Below are positions 29,137-43,077 of a stretch of 64,000 bases of DNA, piece by piece. Source of the stretch: Octopus vulgaris (taxonomy: Eukaryota). Position numbers and translations under genes: made by a program. Position 1 is the first letter of the stretch. Every line of letters starts with the position of its first letter. The stretch lies in NCBI GenBank assembly GCA_951406725.2, contig OX597822.1, positions 52,328,001-52,392,000 on the forward strand. Direction: 5' to 3'. The notes beneath the pieces were generated by a model. That model was not told the DNA's origin. It searched no databases and saw only the letters and a list, made by a program, of their open reading frames with translations.

Positions 29137-31296
29137 CTGGAAATAAAAATGAAAAGAGTAAAGTATGATAAAAAAAAATAATTAATCTGTATATTTTGGT
29201 GTTTGCTTATATTAATGGCCATTATTTTCAAATCATGCTTATAGTTAATTTGATTTGGAGTAATGGCTACCTATGGTTAAATGATATCTTCTCTGGAGCG
29301 TTGAAAGATAGATATGAACACCTTTCAGAATTGTTAATCCTGCTGCATTCCCCTACAATCTTCATTACGTTTTGAGCTATCCCAGTTAACTGACTGAAAC
29401 CCTAAACCTCATCTTTACTGTAACTCACTTTACAGTTTGTTAAAGAAATGTAGATTTAAACAGTGTTCCGTAATTATAGCGAACCCAGTAGAGAAAGAGA
29501 TAAGCTTCCTTTAAATTCTGTATACACTGTCGGTTTCTATTCCCAGTTTGAATTAATGAATTAATTCACTTCTCTTAAGAGAAAAACGTAAACGTAACAC
29601 AATCTTTCCTCGTCAATATTATATAAGTATTTCAAATGAGAATACTGTTTAGGCACAGTGAACTTTGTAAGAGTCAGTGCTTTGATCTGGCTTTATGTTA
29701 TGATTATTCCCTAAAACGACAAATTTTGACTGCCGACTAAACTTCTATAGCCCTTTACTTCCAATATCTCAACGATAATGGGCAGAACTATAAACAGCGA
29801 CATTCTGCAACACCTTAAATCTCTCTTCTTAATGACCACTGCTACGGCTTCCATAAAGCAAGATCTTCTATAGATCTGCTCTCCTATGTCACCAGTAAAC
29901 CCTAGAGAAATATGACGAAAGTAGTTTTACAGGCCATGACTTCGTCAAAACCTTAGTATCTCACATTTGAATCCCTTGTGAAAATTGCTTGTCTCTGAGT
30001 TTCATTCGTCTCTCATCTCTTAGATTTCTGTCAGATCGCACTGTCATGTTCTTCAGCGATTGAGCAGACACTCTCTTTCTCTCTCTTCCTCTCTCTCTTT
30101 CCCTCCTTCTTCCTCTCTCTTTCTATCTCTCTCACCCTCTCTTTCTATGTATCTATAGCTGATTCTTATTATATCAACACAGAAGTATCCTAGGGTCTGT
30201 TTCTGTTCTCCACACTATTCGTTGACTCATCCAAGAACAACCTCACTTTCACGTGTTATATTAACGTTCATACTTCCCCAGGTCATCTCCAAACATACGT
30301 AACCCACGTGCAACCTAGAGAGGTTATGCTAAATCTGCACTGACTCTATGAGCAGAGATACAGAAAACATCCTCTAAAGGGGTCATGCCAATCTTCTCTC
30401 CAACTCATTCACTGTGCATTCTCATCCAAGAAATTTTCATTGCACTTCAACCATTTAAATTCGCAGTTTGCAAGTAGAGCATTCGTGATCGATCCAAATG
30501 CAAGGGAGTCATTATCACTGAGTATCTCTCCTGGTGAACGCATAGCTTTAACATAACGAGAATTATATTTTGGTGACCGCCCTTTCATTCATAGTCAGAA
30601 AATATTTCAGTTCTCATAAATTATTGACGCTCTGCAGAGCTTGAGAAAAATGCATAAGGAGTACTCTCACATTGGTATCAGTGCTGCTGCTATACACAGG
30701 CACACTCCAGCCTCTACTCCGCAGATGCGCAGTTTCCTGCCTGCCCACCTCGCTCTGTCTGTCTGACTCTCTCTCCCTTTCTCCCTCTCTCGTTGCCTTT
30801 TCTGTCATAACTACAGCAGATTCTGCTCATCGGGAATATCATCTCACATACTACCTCTACCAACATACTCTCAATTTACTCGTTTCCCTTCCCCTTATCG
30901 CCAATGGATGACTCCAGGACTTACACTAACCCCAATTTCTATTCCTTCCTATCCTGAACGCTTAACACCAATAATCCAGTCCTATACATGTCTTCTCTGC
31001 CGACGTCTTTTAATAACACCGATCTCGAACACTATGCAAAGGCTATAAGCACTGTACCGACATCCAGGCCTAGATAATAAAAAAAACTTCTTTGGATATG
31101 ATACCAGATAAATTGGTACTATTTTTCTTCAACAGTTTCGTAAACTGATGTAATATGAAATAAAATGTTATAATCTAGAAATGAGGAAACGTCGGCAGCA
31201 TACATGAAACTACGATCTCTGGCATTTCTCTCTGGATAACCTTAACATCTCCTCTTACAATTTTTTCTTCTTTTCATTACAAGAGAGGTCATAACT

Positions 31297-32000
<704 letters not shown>

Positions 32001-32085
32001 AGCGAGAAAAAGAGAGAGACAGTGACAAAGTGAAGTGCAACGTAAGAAAGGTAAAGAAATTTAAGAGAGGAGAGAGAGTGTATGT

Positions 32086-32169
<84 letters not shown>

Positions 32170-32913
32170 GATTTAAAGGAACAATTGTTCATCAGTCTGA
32201 CAGCGCTGCTGGCCAGAAATAAAAAAGCGATGATCCACTCTGTTGATTTCTCGGTATGATTTCTCGCTCATATCGGTATGATTTCTCGCTCATATCTTTC
32301 CAAGGAACATTAGCTGAAAAACTGAAATGTCTTCAATAGAGATATCGAACCCTGGTTGCGAATCTGATTCGCCGGTGATACCTATTTCTTTATTACCCAC
32401 AAGGGGCTAAACACAGAGGGGACAAACAAGGACAGACATAGGTATAAAGTCGATTACATCGACCCCAGTGCGTAACTGGTACTTAATTTATCGACCCCGA
32501 AAGGATGAAAGGCAAAGTCGACCTCGGCGGAATTTGAACTCACAACGTAACGGCAGACGAAATACCGCTAAGCATTTCACCCGGCGTGCTAACGTTTCTG
32601 CCAGACCAGGTTCAGCGTAACTTCTATATAATATAGCTGATACAAATGTTGACTGGTTGGTTGATATCTCAAGTCCTGCTTCACATCATAAAGAGAGAGG
32701 AGGAGAGAAAGTAAAAGAAAGAGTTAGCATAAGAGGTGCAGAATGAGTGCGAGTTGTGAGCAAAGGAACGCTATGCACACACACTGTGAGAGAGAAAGTG
32801 TTATAGGCAGACGAAGGGGAGAAGGGGGTGAAGCAGAGCAAGTGAAAGGCAAAGTAGTTATGAGAGGAGTTGTAAATGAGAAATTGTATTTTTTTCCTAA
32901 TTTTACTTTGAAG

Positions 32914-33223
32914 TGGAGGCGCAATGGCCCAGTGGTTAGGACAGCGGACTCGCAGTTGTAGGATCACGATTTCGATTCCCAGACCGGGCGTTTTGAGTTT
33001 TTATTGAGCAAAAACACCTAAAGCTCCACGAGGCCCCGGCAGGGGGTGGTGGCGATCCCTGCTGTACTCTTTCGCCACAACTTTCTCTCACTCTTTCTTC
33101 TGTTGGCCTGCTCGCTTAGCCAGCGGGGTGGCGTCATTTGAAGGCTAAAACAATGCGAAGCACATTATGACCAGCGATGTGTAGCAACATCTGATAGCCT
33201 GGTCGGTCACTGTGATCAAGGTG
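32914..33223 (+). mobile_element. SINE family B with TSD and a different 3' half
   Basis: Head ggaggcgcaatggcccagtggttagg; TSD actttgaag at 32905-32913 and 33224-33232. Confidence 0.85.
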
Positions 33224-33554
33224 ACTTTGAAGAAATAAATATTTTTCTTCGAAAACTTAAATTCAATTCATTATTTTGTATATAAATACCATGGAATTTG
33301 ATAAAAGGCAAATTATAATTAATGTATGCTTGCTATATGCTCCGACATTACCATGATGGAACAAATTTTATATTTACCTATCATGTAAATAGAGAAAGAA
33401 ATATGGAAAAATTACGTAAACTTTCAAAATCTGACATCGGTGAAATCGGTTCCAAGCTGATTAAGTATGAATTTTCCTTATACTACCAAAAACTCCTTTT
33501 AGCTTCAAAACTCAAAAGCTAAAACCTTCTCCTATACAAAATACTCAAAGCAAC

Positions 33555-33606
<52 letters not shown>

Positions 33607-33619
33607 ATTATATAGAAGG

Positions 33620-33670
33620 AGCTTCTACAGGACTAGTACTGTTTCATTCAAGAGAAATCTTCAGGAAGCT
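33620..33670 (-). ncRNA. Type-I hammerhead ribozyme, left arm
   Basis: Exact reverse complement of 39608-39658. Confidence 0.8.
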
Positions 33671-34043
33671 ATTTAACAAGAATTGTATTAGCATTTATAC
33701 ATTTAGGCAGGTTTAAAGGAGTGGTGGTGGTGGACTTTTTGGGGGTAGGCATAGCGCAAAATATCATACTTGGGGGAGTGGTCAAGGAGTCAGTGGTAAG
33801 TTAGATGAAAGAATAGATAAATAAAAAAATAAAAAAATAAAAAATAAAAAAATAAAATAAAATAAAAAAATAAAAAATATAAAAAATATATATAAAAAAA
33901 TATATATATAAAATATATATATAAAAAAATATATATATAAAAAAGGGGGGGATAGAGTTATAGGTAAATAAGGAGATTCTCACTTATACCTATACACACA
34001 TGTATACGTATCTACACACACATACATACATACACATATATAT

Positions 34044-34090
<47 letters not shown>

Positions 34091-34974
34091 CATATACACA
34101 TGTACACACATACATACATATCTACATACACACATACATACACCCGCCCACATATACAAATTTATACACATGCACATGCCTATACCTGTCTACACATACA
34201 CACACGTATATATGCATACACTCACTCCCATGCATGCACGCATACACACATGTATATATATATATATATATACCCACGACCACACATACATATATACACA
34301 TAAAAATATATATTCATACGCACATACACTCATGCACACACAACACACCTAGTTCCCTATATACACATATTTACACCTATATATACATACACCCACATAC
34401 ACCTATGTACACATATATATATATAAACATATACACGCATACATATATATACATGTGTGCACATACATACATACACACATATATACATACACATACACAT
34501 ACACATGTGTACCTATACATACCTACACATACACACATACATACATACAAATATACATATACATATATATATATACAATCCAATACAGGCCCATTCCCTA
34601 ATTTTAATTTTATTATCTTCATTTATTACTTTTGTTATCTTTGATCGCTAGGGCTAAGAATCCTGGCAATGGCTGCATGTCCATTTGTCTGTCTACTAGA
34701 AGGCAAGTACTCATTCCCGCACGCACACTCATTAGCACGTACATTCACCCATTCGTACACTCATACACATACACGTACGCACGCGTTATATTCATACATA
34801 CAAACATCTACATACGTTCACGTATATACACATACGTACTCGTACCTACAGATTCGTGTCTACACTTTAGGAGGCTAGTCTATACATATACACCAATAAA
34901 TATACATATATATATATATATACCCGCATATACATACACACACACACATATATACTCCTACATACAGATACATA

Positions 34975-35009
<35 letters not shown>

Positions 35010-35223
35010 CAATAATAATTCTCTAAAAGGGATATAGACAGTAACTGCTCGATAACATAAGGGACTAAAGCCATCTGAATATGGCTAGGGACAGGGCAGG
35101 GTGGTGGGGGTGTTACTGTTGCATTTAGCCCCAGGCGAACATCGACGTCACCAGAAAGGCTCGACACCGTCACGGTGCCCTAAACCTGCAAAGGGAGGTA
35201 ATTCCCCGATGAAGCGGAAACCA

Positions 35224-35269
35224 CACACGGACCATGGTTTCAAGGTGTATTGCCTATCATCGGCGTGTG
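35224..35269 (-). ncRNA. Hammerhead ribozyme (CCGAUGA core) in a 359-bp unit
   Basis: Reverse complement of 36098-36143. Confidence 0.75.
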
Positions 35270-35582
35270 GTAGGCCTCCGCTTCCTCGACGAATTCTCAC
35301 TATGCAGGATTTCTTATATAGATTTTCAAGCAAAATACATTTGCTGATTTCGAAAATCTGTTCGAAAGCAATAATAATTCTCTAAAAGGGATATAGACAG
35401 TAACTGCTCGATAACATAAGGGACTAAAGCCATCTGAATATGGCTAGGGACAGGGCAGGGTGGTGGGGGTGTTACTGTTGCATTTAGCCCCAGGCGAACA
35501 TCGACGTCACCAGAAAGGCTCGACACCGTCACGGTGCCCTAAACCTGCAAAGGGAGGTAATTCCCCGATGAAGCGGAAACCA

Positions 35583-35628
35583 CACACGGACCATGGTTTC
35601 AAGGTGTATTGCCTATCATCGGCGTGTG
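35583..35628 (-). ncRNA. Hammerhead ribozyme (CCGAUGA core) in a 359-bp unit
   Basis: Reverse complement of 36098-36143, 359 nt from the 35224 copy. Confidence 0.75.
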
Positions 35629-36097
35629 GTAGGCCTCCGCTTCCTCGACGAATTCTCACTATGCAGGATTTCTTATATAGATTTTCAAGCAAAATACATT
35701 TGCTGATTTCGAAAATCTGTTCGAAAGCAATAATAATTCTCTAAAAGGGATATAGACAGTAACTGGTCGATAACATAAGGGACTAAAGCCATCTGAATAT
35801 GGCTAGGGACAGGGCAGGGTGGTGGGGGTGTTACTGTTGCATTTAGCCCCAGGCGAACATCGACGTCACCAGAAAGGCTCGACACCGTCACGGTGCCCTA
35901 AACCTGCAAAGGGAGGTCCCTAGCCATATTCAGATGGCTTTAGTCCCTTATGTTATCGAGCAGTTACTGTCTATATCCCTTTTAGAGAATTATTATTGCT
36001 TTCGAACAGATTTTCGAAATCAGCAAATGTATTTTGCTTGAAAATCTATATAAGAAATCCTGCATAGTGAGAATTCGTCGAGGAAGCGGAGGCCTAC

Positions 36098-36143
36098 CAC
36101 ACGCCGATGATAGGCAATACACCTTGAAACCATGGTCCGTGTG
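36098..36143 (+). ncRNA. Type-I hammerhead ribozyme with variant core
   Basis: cacacg CCGATGA t-agg-caataca-cct-t GAAA ccatgg TC cgtgtg: stem I 6 bp, stem II 3 bp, palindromic stem III ACCATGGT, GUC site after 36137. Confidence 0.75.
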
Positions 36144-36455
36144 TGGTTTCCGCTTCATCGGGGAATTACCTCCTTTTGCAGGTTTAGGGCACCGTGACGG
36201 TGTCGAGCCTTTCTGGTGACGTCGATGTTCGCCTGGGGCTAAATGCAACAGTAACACCCCCACCACCCTGCCCTGTCCCTAGCCATATTCAGATGGCTTA
36301 GTCCCTTATGTTATCGAGCAGTTACTGTCTATATCCCTTTTAGAGAATTATTATTGCTTTCGAACAGATTTTCGAAATCAGCAAATGTATTTTGCTTGAA
36401 AATCTATATAAGAAATCCTGCATAGTGAGAATTCGTCGAGGAAGCGGAGGCCTAC

Positions 36456-36501
36456 CACACGCCGATGATAGGCAATACACCTTGAAACCATGGTCCGTGT
36501 G
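36456..36501 (+). ncRNA. Type-I hammerhead ribozyme with variant core
   Basis: Identical to 36098-36143, 358 nt downstream. Confidence 0.75.
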
Positions 36502-37102
36502 TGGTTTCCGCTTCATCGGGGAATTACCTCCCTTTGCAGGTTTAGGGCACCGTCACGGTGTCGAGCCTTTCTGGTGACGTCGATGTTCGCCTGGGGCTAA
36601 ATGCAGCAGTAACACCCCCACCACCCTGCCCTGTCCCTAGCCATATTCAGATGGCTTTAGTCCCTTATGTTATATATATATATATATACACATATACATA
36701 CAAACACATATACACATATACACATATACACACACACACACATATGTGTGTGTGTGTGTATATGTGTATATGTGTATATGTGTTTGTATATATATGTGTA
36801 TATATGTATATGCATATGTATGTGTGTATGTATGTGTATGTATGTATAAAATATTATATAATTAGGGCTTAGGAAAATAAAATAAATTACTTTGCCACAT
36901 ACTAAACTTTCTAGAAATAGCAGCCAATAAAGTTTTTTAGCCTCTTCCACTACTTAGAGAATTTTTTTCCCTCTAACATTGTTTACTCAAAATAATATTG
37001 GTCCCTTTACATACTGAACACTTGATGAAATTGATTAATAACTAATTAACTTTACCCTCCCTTGTTGATATATATATACATATGTATATGTGTACATGTA
37101 TG

Positions 37103-37133
<31 letters not shown>

Positions 37134-37391
37134 ATGTGTGTATGTATGTATTTGTATATGTGTGTGTGTATATGTATGTGTGCGCATGTGTGTGTATGTA
37201 TGTGTATGTATACTTGTATATGTATATGCATGAATGTATATATATGTGTGTGTATATGTGTATTATGTATGTATTTATATAGATATGTAGTTTATATATA
37301 TATATGTATGTATATGCATCTGTCTGTGTGTGTGTATGTGTATATATGTGTATCATTTTTGCGTATGTATACATGTATATGTGTATATGTA

Positions 37392-37428
<37 letters not shown>

Positions 37429-37705
37429 GTGTATATATATGTATATATATATATGCATACGTATGTGTATGTACATGTATATATGTATGTGTGTATATGT
37501 ATATATGTTTATATATGTGAGTATGTAGTGATATAAGTATATGCATGTGTATGTATGGGTATGTGTATCAGTGTATATGTATATATGTATGTGTGTGTGT
37601 ATGTATATGTATGTATATGTGTATATATGTATGTGTATATGTGTATATATATGTGTATGTATGTGTATGTGTATGTATGTGTATGTATATCTATGTGTGT
37701 ATATA

Positions 37706-37755
<50 letters not shown>

Positions 37756-38247
37756 TGCGTGTGTGTATGTATGCATATATGTATGTATGCATGTATATGT
37801 GTATGTATATATATGTGTGTAAGTGTGTGCATATATGTATTTGTAAGTATGTGTGCGCGTATGAGTATGTATGTATGCTTGCACACGTGTATATATATGT
37901 GTGTGTGTGTATATATATGGATGCGCGTGCGTGTGTGCACGTGTATGGGTACGCATGTATATGTGTATGTGCGTGTATGCGTATACGTGTATGTATGTAT
38001 CTGTGTGCGTAGATTTGTATATGTATGTGTGAGTGTGTATATATATATATATATATATATACATATATATAGATGGGTGTGTGTATGCGTATAAATGCAT
38101 GTAAGTATGGATGTATGGATGTATGTATGTATGTATACGTATGTATGTGTGTATGTGTGTATGTATATATATATGTGTGTATATATGTTTGTGTATGTAT
38201 ATATATGTGTATGTATGTGTGTGTATATGTATGTGTGTATGTGTATG

Positions 38248-38296
<49 letters not shown>

Positions 38297-39181
38297 GTAT
38301 GTATCTGTATGTAGGAGTATATATGTGTGTGTGTGTATGTATTTGCGGGTATATATATATATATATGTATATTTATTGGTGTATATGTATAGACTAGCCT
38401 CCTAAAGTGTAGACACGAATCTGTAGGTACGAGTACGTATGTGTATATACGTGAACGTATGTAGATGTTTGTATGTATGAATATAACGCGTGCGTACGTG
38501 TATGTGTATGAGTGTACGAATGGGTGAATGTACGTGCTAATGAGTGTGCGTGCGGGAATGAGTACTTGCCTTCTAGTAGACAGACAAATGGACATGCAGC
38601 CATTGCCAGGATTCTTAGCCCTAGCGATCAAAGATAACAAAAGTAATAAATGAAGATAATAAAATTAAAATTAGGGAATGGGCCTGTATTGGATTGTATA
38701 TATATATATGTATATGTATATTTGTATGTATGTATGTGTGTATGTGTAGGTATGTATAGGTACACATGTGTATGTGTATGTGTATGTATATATGTGTGTA
38801 TGTATGTATGTGCACACATGTATATATATGTATGCGTGTATATGTTTATATATATATATGTGTACATAGGTGTATGTGGGTGTATGTATATATAGGTGTA
38901 AATATGTGTATATAGGGAACTAGGTGTGTTGTGTGTGCATGAGTGTATGTGCGTATGAATATATATTTTTATGTGTATATATGTATGTGTGGTCGTGGGT
39001 ATATATATATATATATATACATGTGTGTATGCGTGCATGCATGGGAGTGAGTGTATGCATATATACGTGTGTGTATGTGTAGACAGGTATAGGCATGTGC
39101 ATGTGTATAAATTTGTATATGTGGGCGGGTGTATGTATGTGTGTATGTAGATATGTATGTATGTGTGTACATGTGTATATG

Positions 39182-39226
<45 letters not shown>

Positions 39227-39607
39227 ATATATATGTGTATGTATGTATGTGTGTGTAGATACGTATACATGTGTGTATAGGTATAAGTGAGAATCTCCTT
39301 ATTTACCTATAACTCTATCCCCCCTTTTTTTATATATATATTTTTTTATATATATATTTTATATATATATTTTTTTATATATATTTTTTATATTTTTTAT
39401 TTTTTTATTTTTTTATTTTATTTTATTTTTTTATTTTTTATTTTTTTATTTTTTTATTTATCTATTCTTTCATCTAACTTACCACTGACTCCTTGACCAC
39501 TCCCCCAAGTATGATATTTTGCGCTATGCCTACCCCCAAAAAGTCCACCACCACCACTCCTTTAAACCTGCCTAAATGTATAAATGCTAATACAATTCTT
39601 GTTAAAT

Positions 39608-39658
39608 AGCTTCCTGAAGATTTCTCTTGAATGAAACAGTACTAGTCCTGTAGAAGCT
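39608..39658 (+). ncRNA. Type-I hammerhead ribozyme, right arm
   Basis: agcttc CTGAAGA t-ttc-tctt-gaa-t GAAA cag-tactagtc-ctg TA gaagct: canonical core, stem I 6 bp, GUA site, AATAAA ~10 nt downstream. Confidence 0.8.
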
Positions 39659-39741
39659 CCTTCTATATAATAAATTAATTTTACTCTGCTATGTATTGAG
39701 TACCTTACTTACTGTGGTTAACCCCGAATCAACCCGGGACC

Positions 39742-39779
<38 letters not shown>

Positions 39780-39847
39780 GTATATATGTTTATGTATAAT
39801 ATATATATATATATGTTATATAAATATATATATTTTATAAATACATG

Positions 39848-39910
<63 letters not shown>

Positions 39911-40178
39911 TCGCAAATACTGATAGGGCACAGAAAGTGTGTCTATAGCCAGCTGGAGGAGGTATCTTCCTGGGGCTACAAACTACAGTAGCATCCACCC
40001 TTAGGGGTTAGCCATATTCAAATGGCAAATATACGTCACGATGTGTTGCTGCTACTGTTTATAACTCGCTCTGACATTTATCATTATTTTAATATATAAA
40101 TATATATATATTTATACTGTAAAAATAGATTTAATCCTATATCTTATTTTTCCCTGTCAGTTTGGATTTACTCCCTAA

Positions 40179-40236
<58 letters not shown>

Positions 40237-40287
40237 TATCACTACACAGTCTTTATCTTCTCTCTTTGTTTCTTTCTGTGGAAGAGC

Positions 40288-40368
<81 letters not shown>

Positions 40369-41065
40369 ATATGTATGTATATATAGTGAGTTATTAGACG
40401 GATCCGCTACCACAAGTATTTGGAAGTCAGTCTAAATCTTTAATGGCGTTAGCTGTATCGTTGCCGTTCAAATCCATACTTTTGTTATACTTGTGCTTGT
40501 TAAAATAATCCATGTAATATTCTGGAATGGATTGTTCTATGACCTTCAAGAAAAATATTCTTTCGTTTTATCCGATCAAAGTAAATGTATTTCATTAGAC
40601 AGAAAGGAAGAAAAAAAATGAAAGGATATAATTGTTTGTGGCATATACACAAAGCGAGAAGTTTGTGAGTAGAGAAAATTCAATTATATTGGAGCCTGTT
40701 GAAGAAAGTTGATTATATCGACCACTGTAGGAGACAGTCGATTATATTGATATTAATACTTGACTAGCACTTTATTTTATCGGCCGTGGAGAGATGAAAG
40801 GCAAGGGTTGAACTCGGCAGAATTTGATGTCAGAACGTAAAGGATAATTTCTAATTTAGCAAGTTGAGGGGAGGGTGTTAGTCGATTACATGTACCGATA
40901 CTTGGCTCTGGCTGGTACTTTATTTTCTTATTCCCAGTGAGAGGAAATGCAAGGATAACCCCGGAAGGATATGAACTCAGAATATAAAAACGGAAATAAA
41001 ATTAGAAATAAATTTTTAAATAAAACAAAAACTAAACAAAAAACTAAGATAAATGCAAAACTGAC

Positions 41066-41183
41066 TTGTGATGGACAAAGCAAACTTTTCTCGGTCACTG
41101 TGCAAGTAACATGCACTGACATCATAGGCATATATTCTTGGTTGAATATCAGAGAAGGCGAAAACGCTGAAGAAGTAGCTTTC
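41066..41183 (-). CDS. Host gene exon ESYFFSVFAFSDIQPRIYAYDVSACYLHSDREKFALSIT
   Basis: Acceptor ttcttcaatttag, donor gtcagt; 118 nt; phase 0 to 1 (a different frame from the ORF track call). Confidence 0.85.
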
Positions 41184-42143
41184 CTAAATTGAAGAATTTC
41201 AAGAAGAGAAAAAGGAAACAAAATGAATGATAATATCAGATTTTTCCGTTTGTGAATGAAAAAGAAAACATAAATTAAGCAGTAAAAATCAATAAAGCTC
41301 TGGCGGTTAGTGATTATAAATACTATAAAAGTGAAATAAATTAGTGTTCTGAACGAAAGAAGTAAAATGTTTCGCTTAGCGCCCTCCCTTAGTCTTCATG
41401 GTTAATTGATTAATTCCAGATTAGAACTGTATTCTTCAAGATACATTGTTGAGGCTGTTGTTTTTAGTGTATTTCTGAAAACTCTAGTAAATACATAATC
41501 TGTTTAAGCAAAGTCACCTTTTATATCTATAGAAAAATAATTGCCAAGGATAGAATTTTGATCAGGAACTACAGAGTCTCGATTTTTATGAAATTTCCAC
41601 AAGCCTTAAGTATTGTTAAATGTTCTATGTATTAGACGTAACAGCTTCCAAACATCTAATGGCTAAATGAAATGGCAACCTCTTCCTTTAGAAAGCAGTC
41701 AAACATTAAACCTGATGGAGCTTTAAAGTATGAAGATATTATTAGGCACAGCTGTTTAGATGCTGGCAATTTGGCACGGCCGACTGGACATTCAACCTAT
41801 TTTGGCGAAAGTACTTGCTGGAGTTGGAGGCAAACACATACATGCACACACGTATATGTGTGCAGAAATACACATATACAGAGAAAAAAGTGTAAGAGAC
41901 AGAATGGGAGAGGGTAAGAAAAATGAATATTACAATTTCTTAATTGAACACGTTGATATAAATATTTTCTCCCTATTTATACACATAAAGATATATAAGC
42001 TGACTCACATAAATAGAGGGAGAAGTGAGGGAGTTCGAGAGAAACGTTAAAACATCTTATGATAAATAAGTCAGCGTCGAATCAGTGACGCCAAAAAGGC
42101 AACGACAAAATGGCTTTGCTAAAATGTCTCATATTCATACGTA

Positions 42144-42985
42144 TATTAGGTTATCCCATAAATGATGCAGTTGGAGAACTAGCAGAGAAGCTTGGATTTG
42201 GTCATTCAACCATTCATCGACACCTGCGTATCATCAAATTAGTCACCAAATTGGGTCAATGGGTTCCTCAAAAGGTTTTCGAGTCTAATCTTGCGCAGAG
42301 AGTGAATGTGTGCTCTTCTTCGCTGTCACGTCTCACGAATGAACCACTTTGGGACCAAATAGTAACTGGTAACGAAAAATGGATTCTCTATAAAAATGTC
42401 AAGTGCCGAAGACAGCGGGTAAAAAAAGGAGAAACACCAGCACCCCAGGCTAAAGAAGGTCTTCACCCACGTAAGGTGTTGTTATCTGTTTGGTGGGATA
42501 TGAAAGGTTTAGGCCACTTTGAACTTTTAAATCCAAAACAGACGACAACAAAGGTGCAGCTTGAGCGGCTTAAGTCAGCGCTAGGAGAAAAAAACAACCA
42601 TCTTTGGTTTCAAGATGAAAGGTGTTCTTATATCATAATGTTCGGCCACATACAGTAAAACTGACATTCCAAAGGCAGGAGCAGTTTGAATGGGAACAAT
42701 GCTCTACCCACCATATTCCCCGGACATTGCCCCATCTGATTATCTTTTATTCAGCAGTCTTCAAAATCATTTGGTTGGAAAAAATATGAATTCTGTAGAA
42801 AGAGTATTTTTCGTCACGGACAAGTATAATTTGGAAGAAGGGCCTTGCAGATCTGCCAGATTGATGGAAGAGCATTGTAGAAAATGAAGGAGAGTATTTT
42901 TTAGATTAAAAGTGAACTTTGATTATCTCAATTTTGAAAAATAAAAGTATAAAAGAAATCACACTATTTATGGGATGACCCAATA
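42144..42985 (+). mobile_element. Internally deleted mariner element
   Basis: TIRs tattaggttatcccataaat and atttatgggatgacccaata. Motifs LGQWVP, IVTGNEKW, KVLLSVWWD, YPPYSPDIAPSDY, with frameshifts. Confidence 0.92.
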
Positions 42986-43030
42986 TATATATATATATAT
43001 ATATATTATTATTATTATTATTATTATTAT

Positions 43031-43077
<47 letters not shown>

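Larger units (their letters stand above)
35009..36673. mobile_element. Retrozyme-like 359-bp tandem array: ~2.5 units (35009-35917) then ~2.1 inverted units (35916-36673)
   Basis: Units start at 35009, 35368 and 35727; orientation flips at gggaggtccc; (TA)n on both sides; four hammerhead copies. Confidence 0.85.
33604..39673. repeat. Large inverted repeat, arms 33604-34976 and 38296-39673
   Basis: Near-identical reverse-complement arms, including cryptic microsatellite; identical ORFs appear on opposite strands in the ORF track. Confidence 0.95.

Noticed and set aside
35206-35241. Hammerhead-like ccgatga-agcg-gaaa on the opposite strand of the unit
   Set aside because: No stem I partner and no stem II; it largely overlaps the complement of the real ribozyme's extended stem.
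35101-35385. 94-aa and 61-aa ORFs repeated in the 359-bp unit
   Set aside because: Non-ATG starts and no recognisable domain; they recur only because the DNA is repeated.
35009-36673. CRISPR array or plain satellite interpretation
   Set aside because: No unique spacers or cas genes in a eukaryotic context; the ribozyme and the inversion fit a retrozyme better.
37042-38640. 532-aa ORF and many other YI/HT/CV-rich ORFs
   Set aside because: Translations of stop-poor dinucleotide microsatellites, open in several frames and on both strands.
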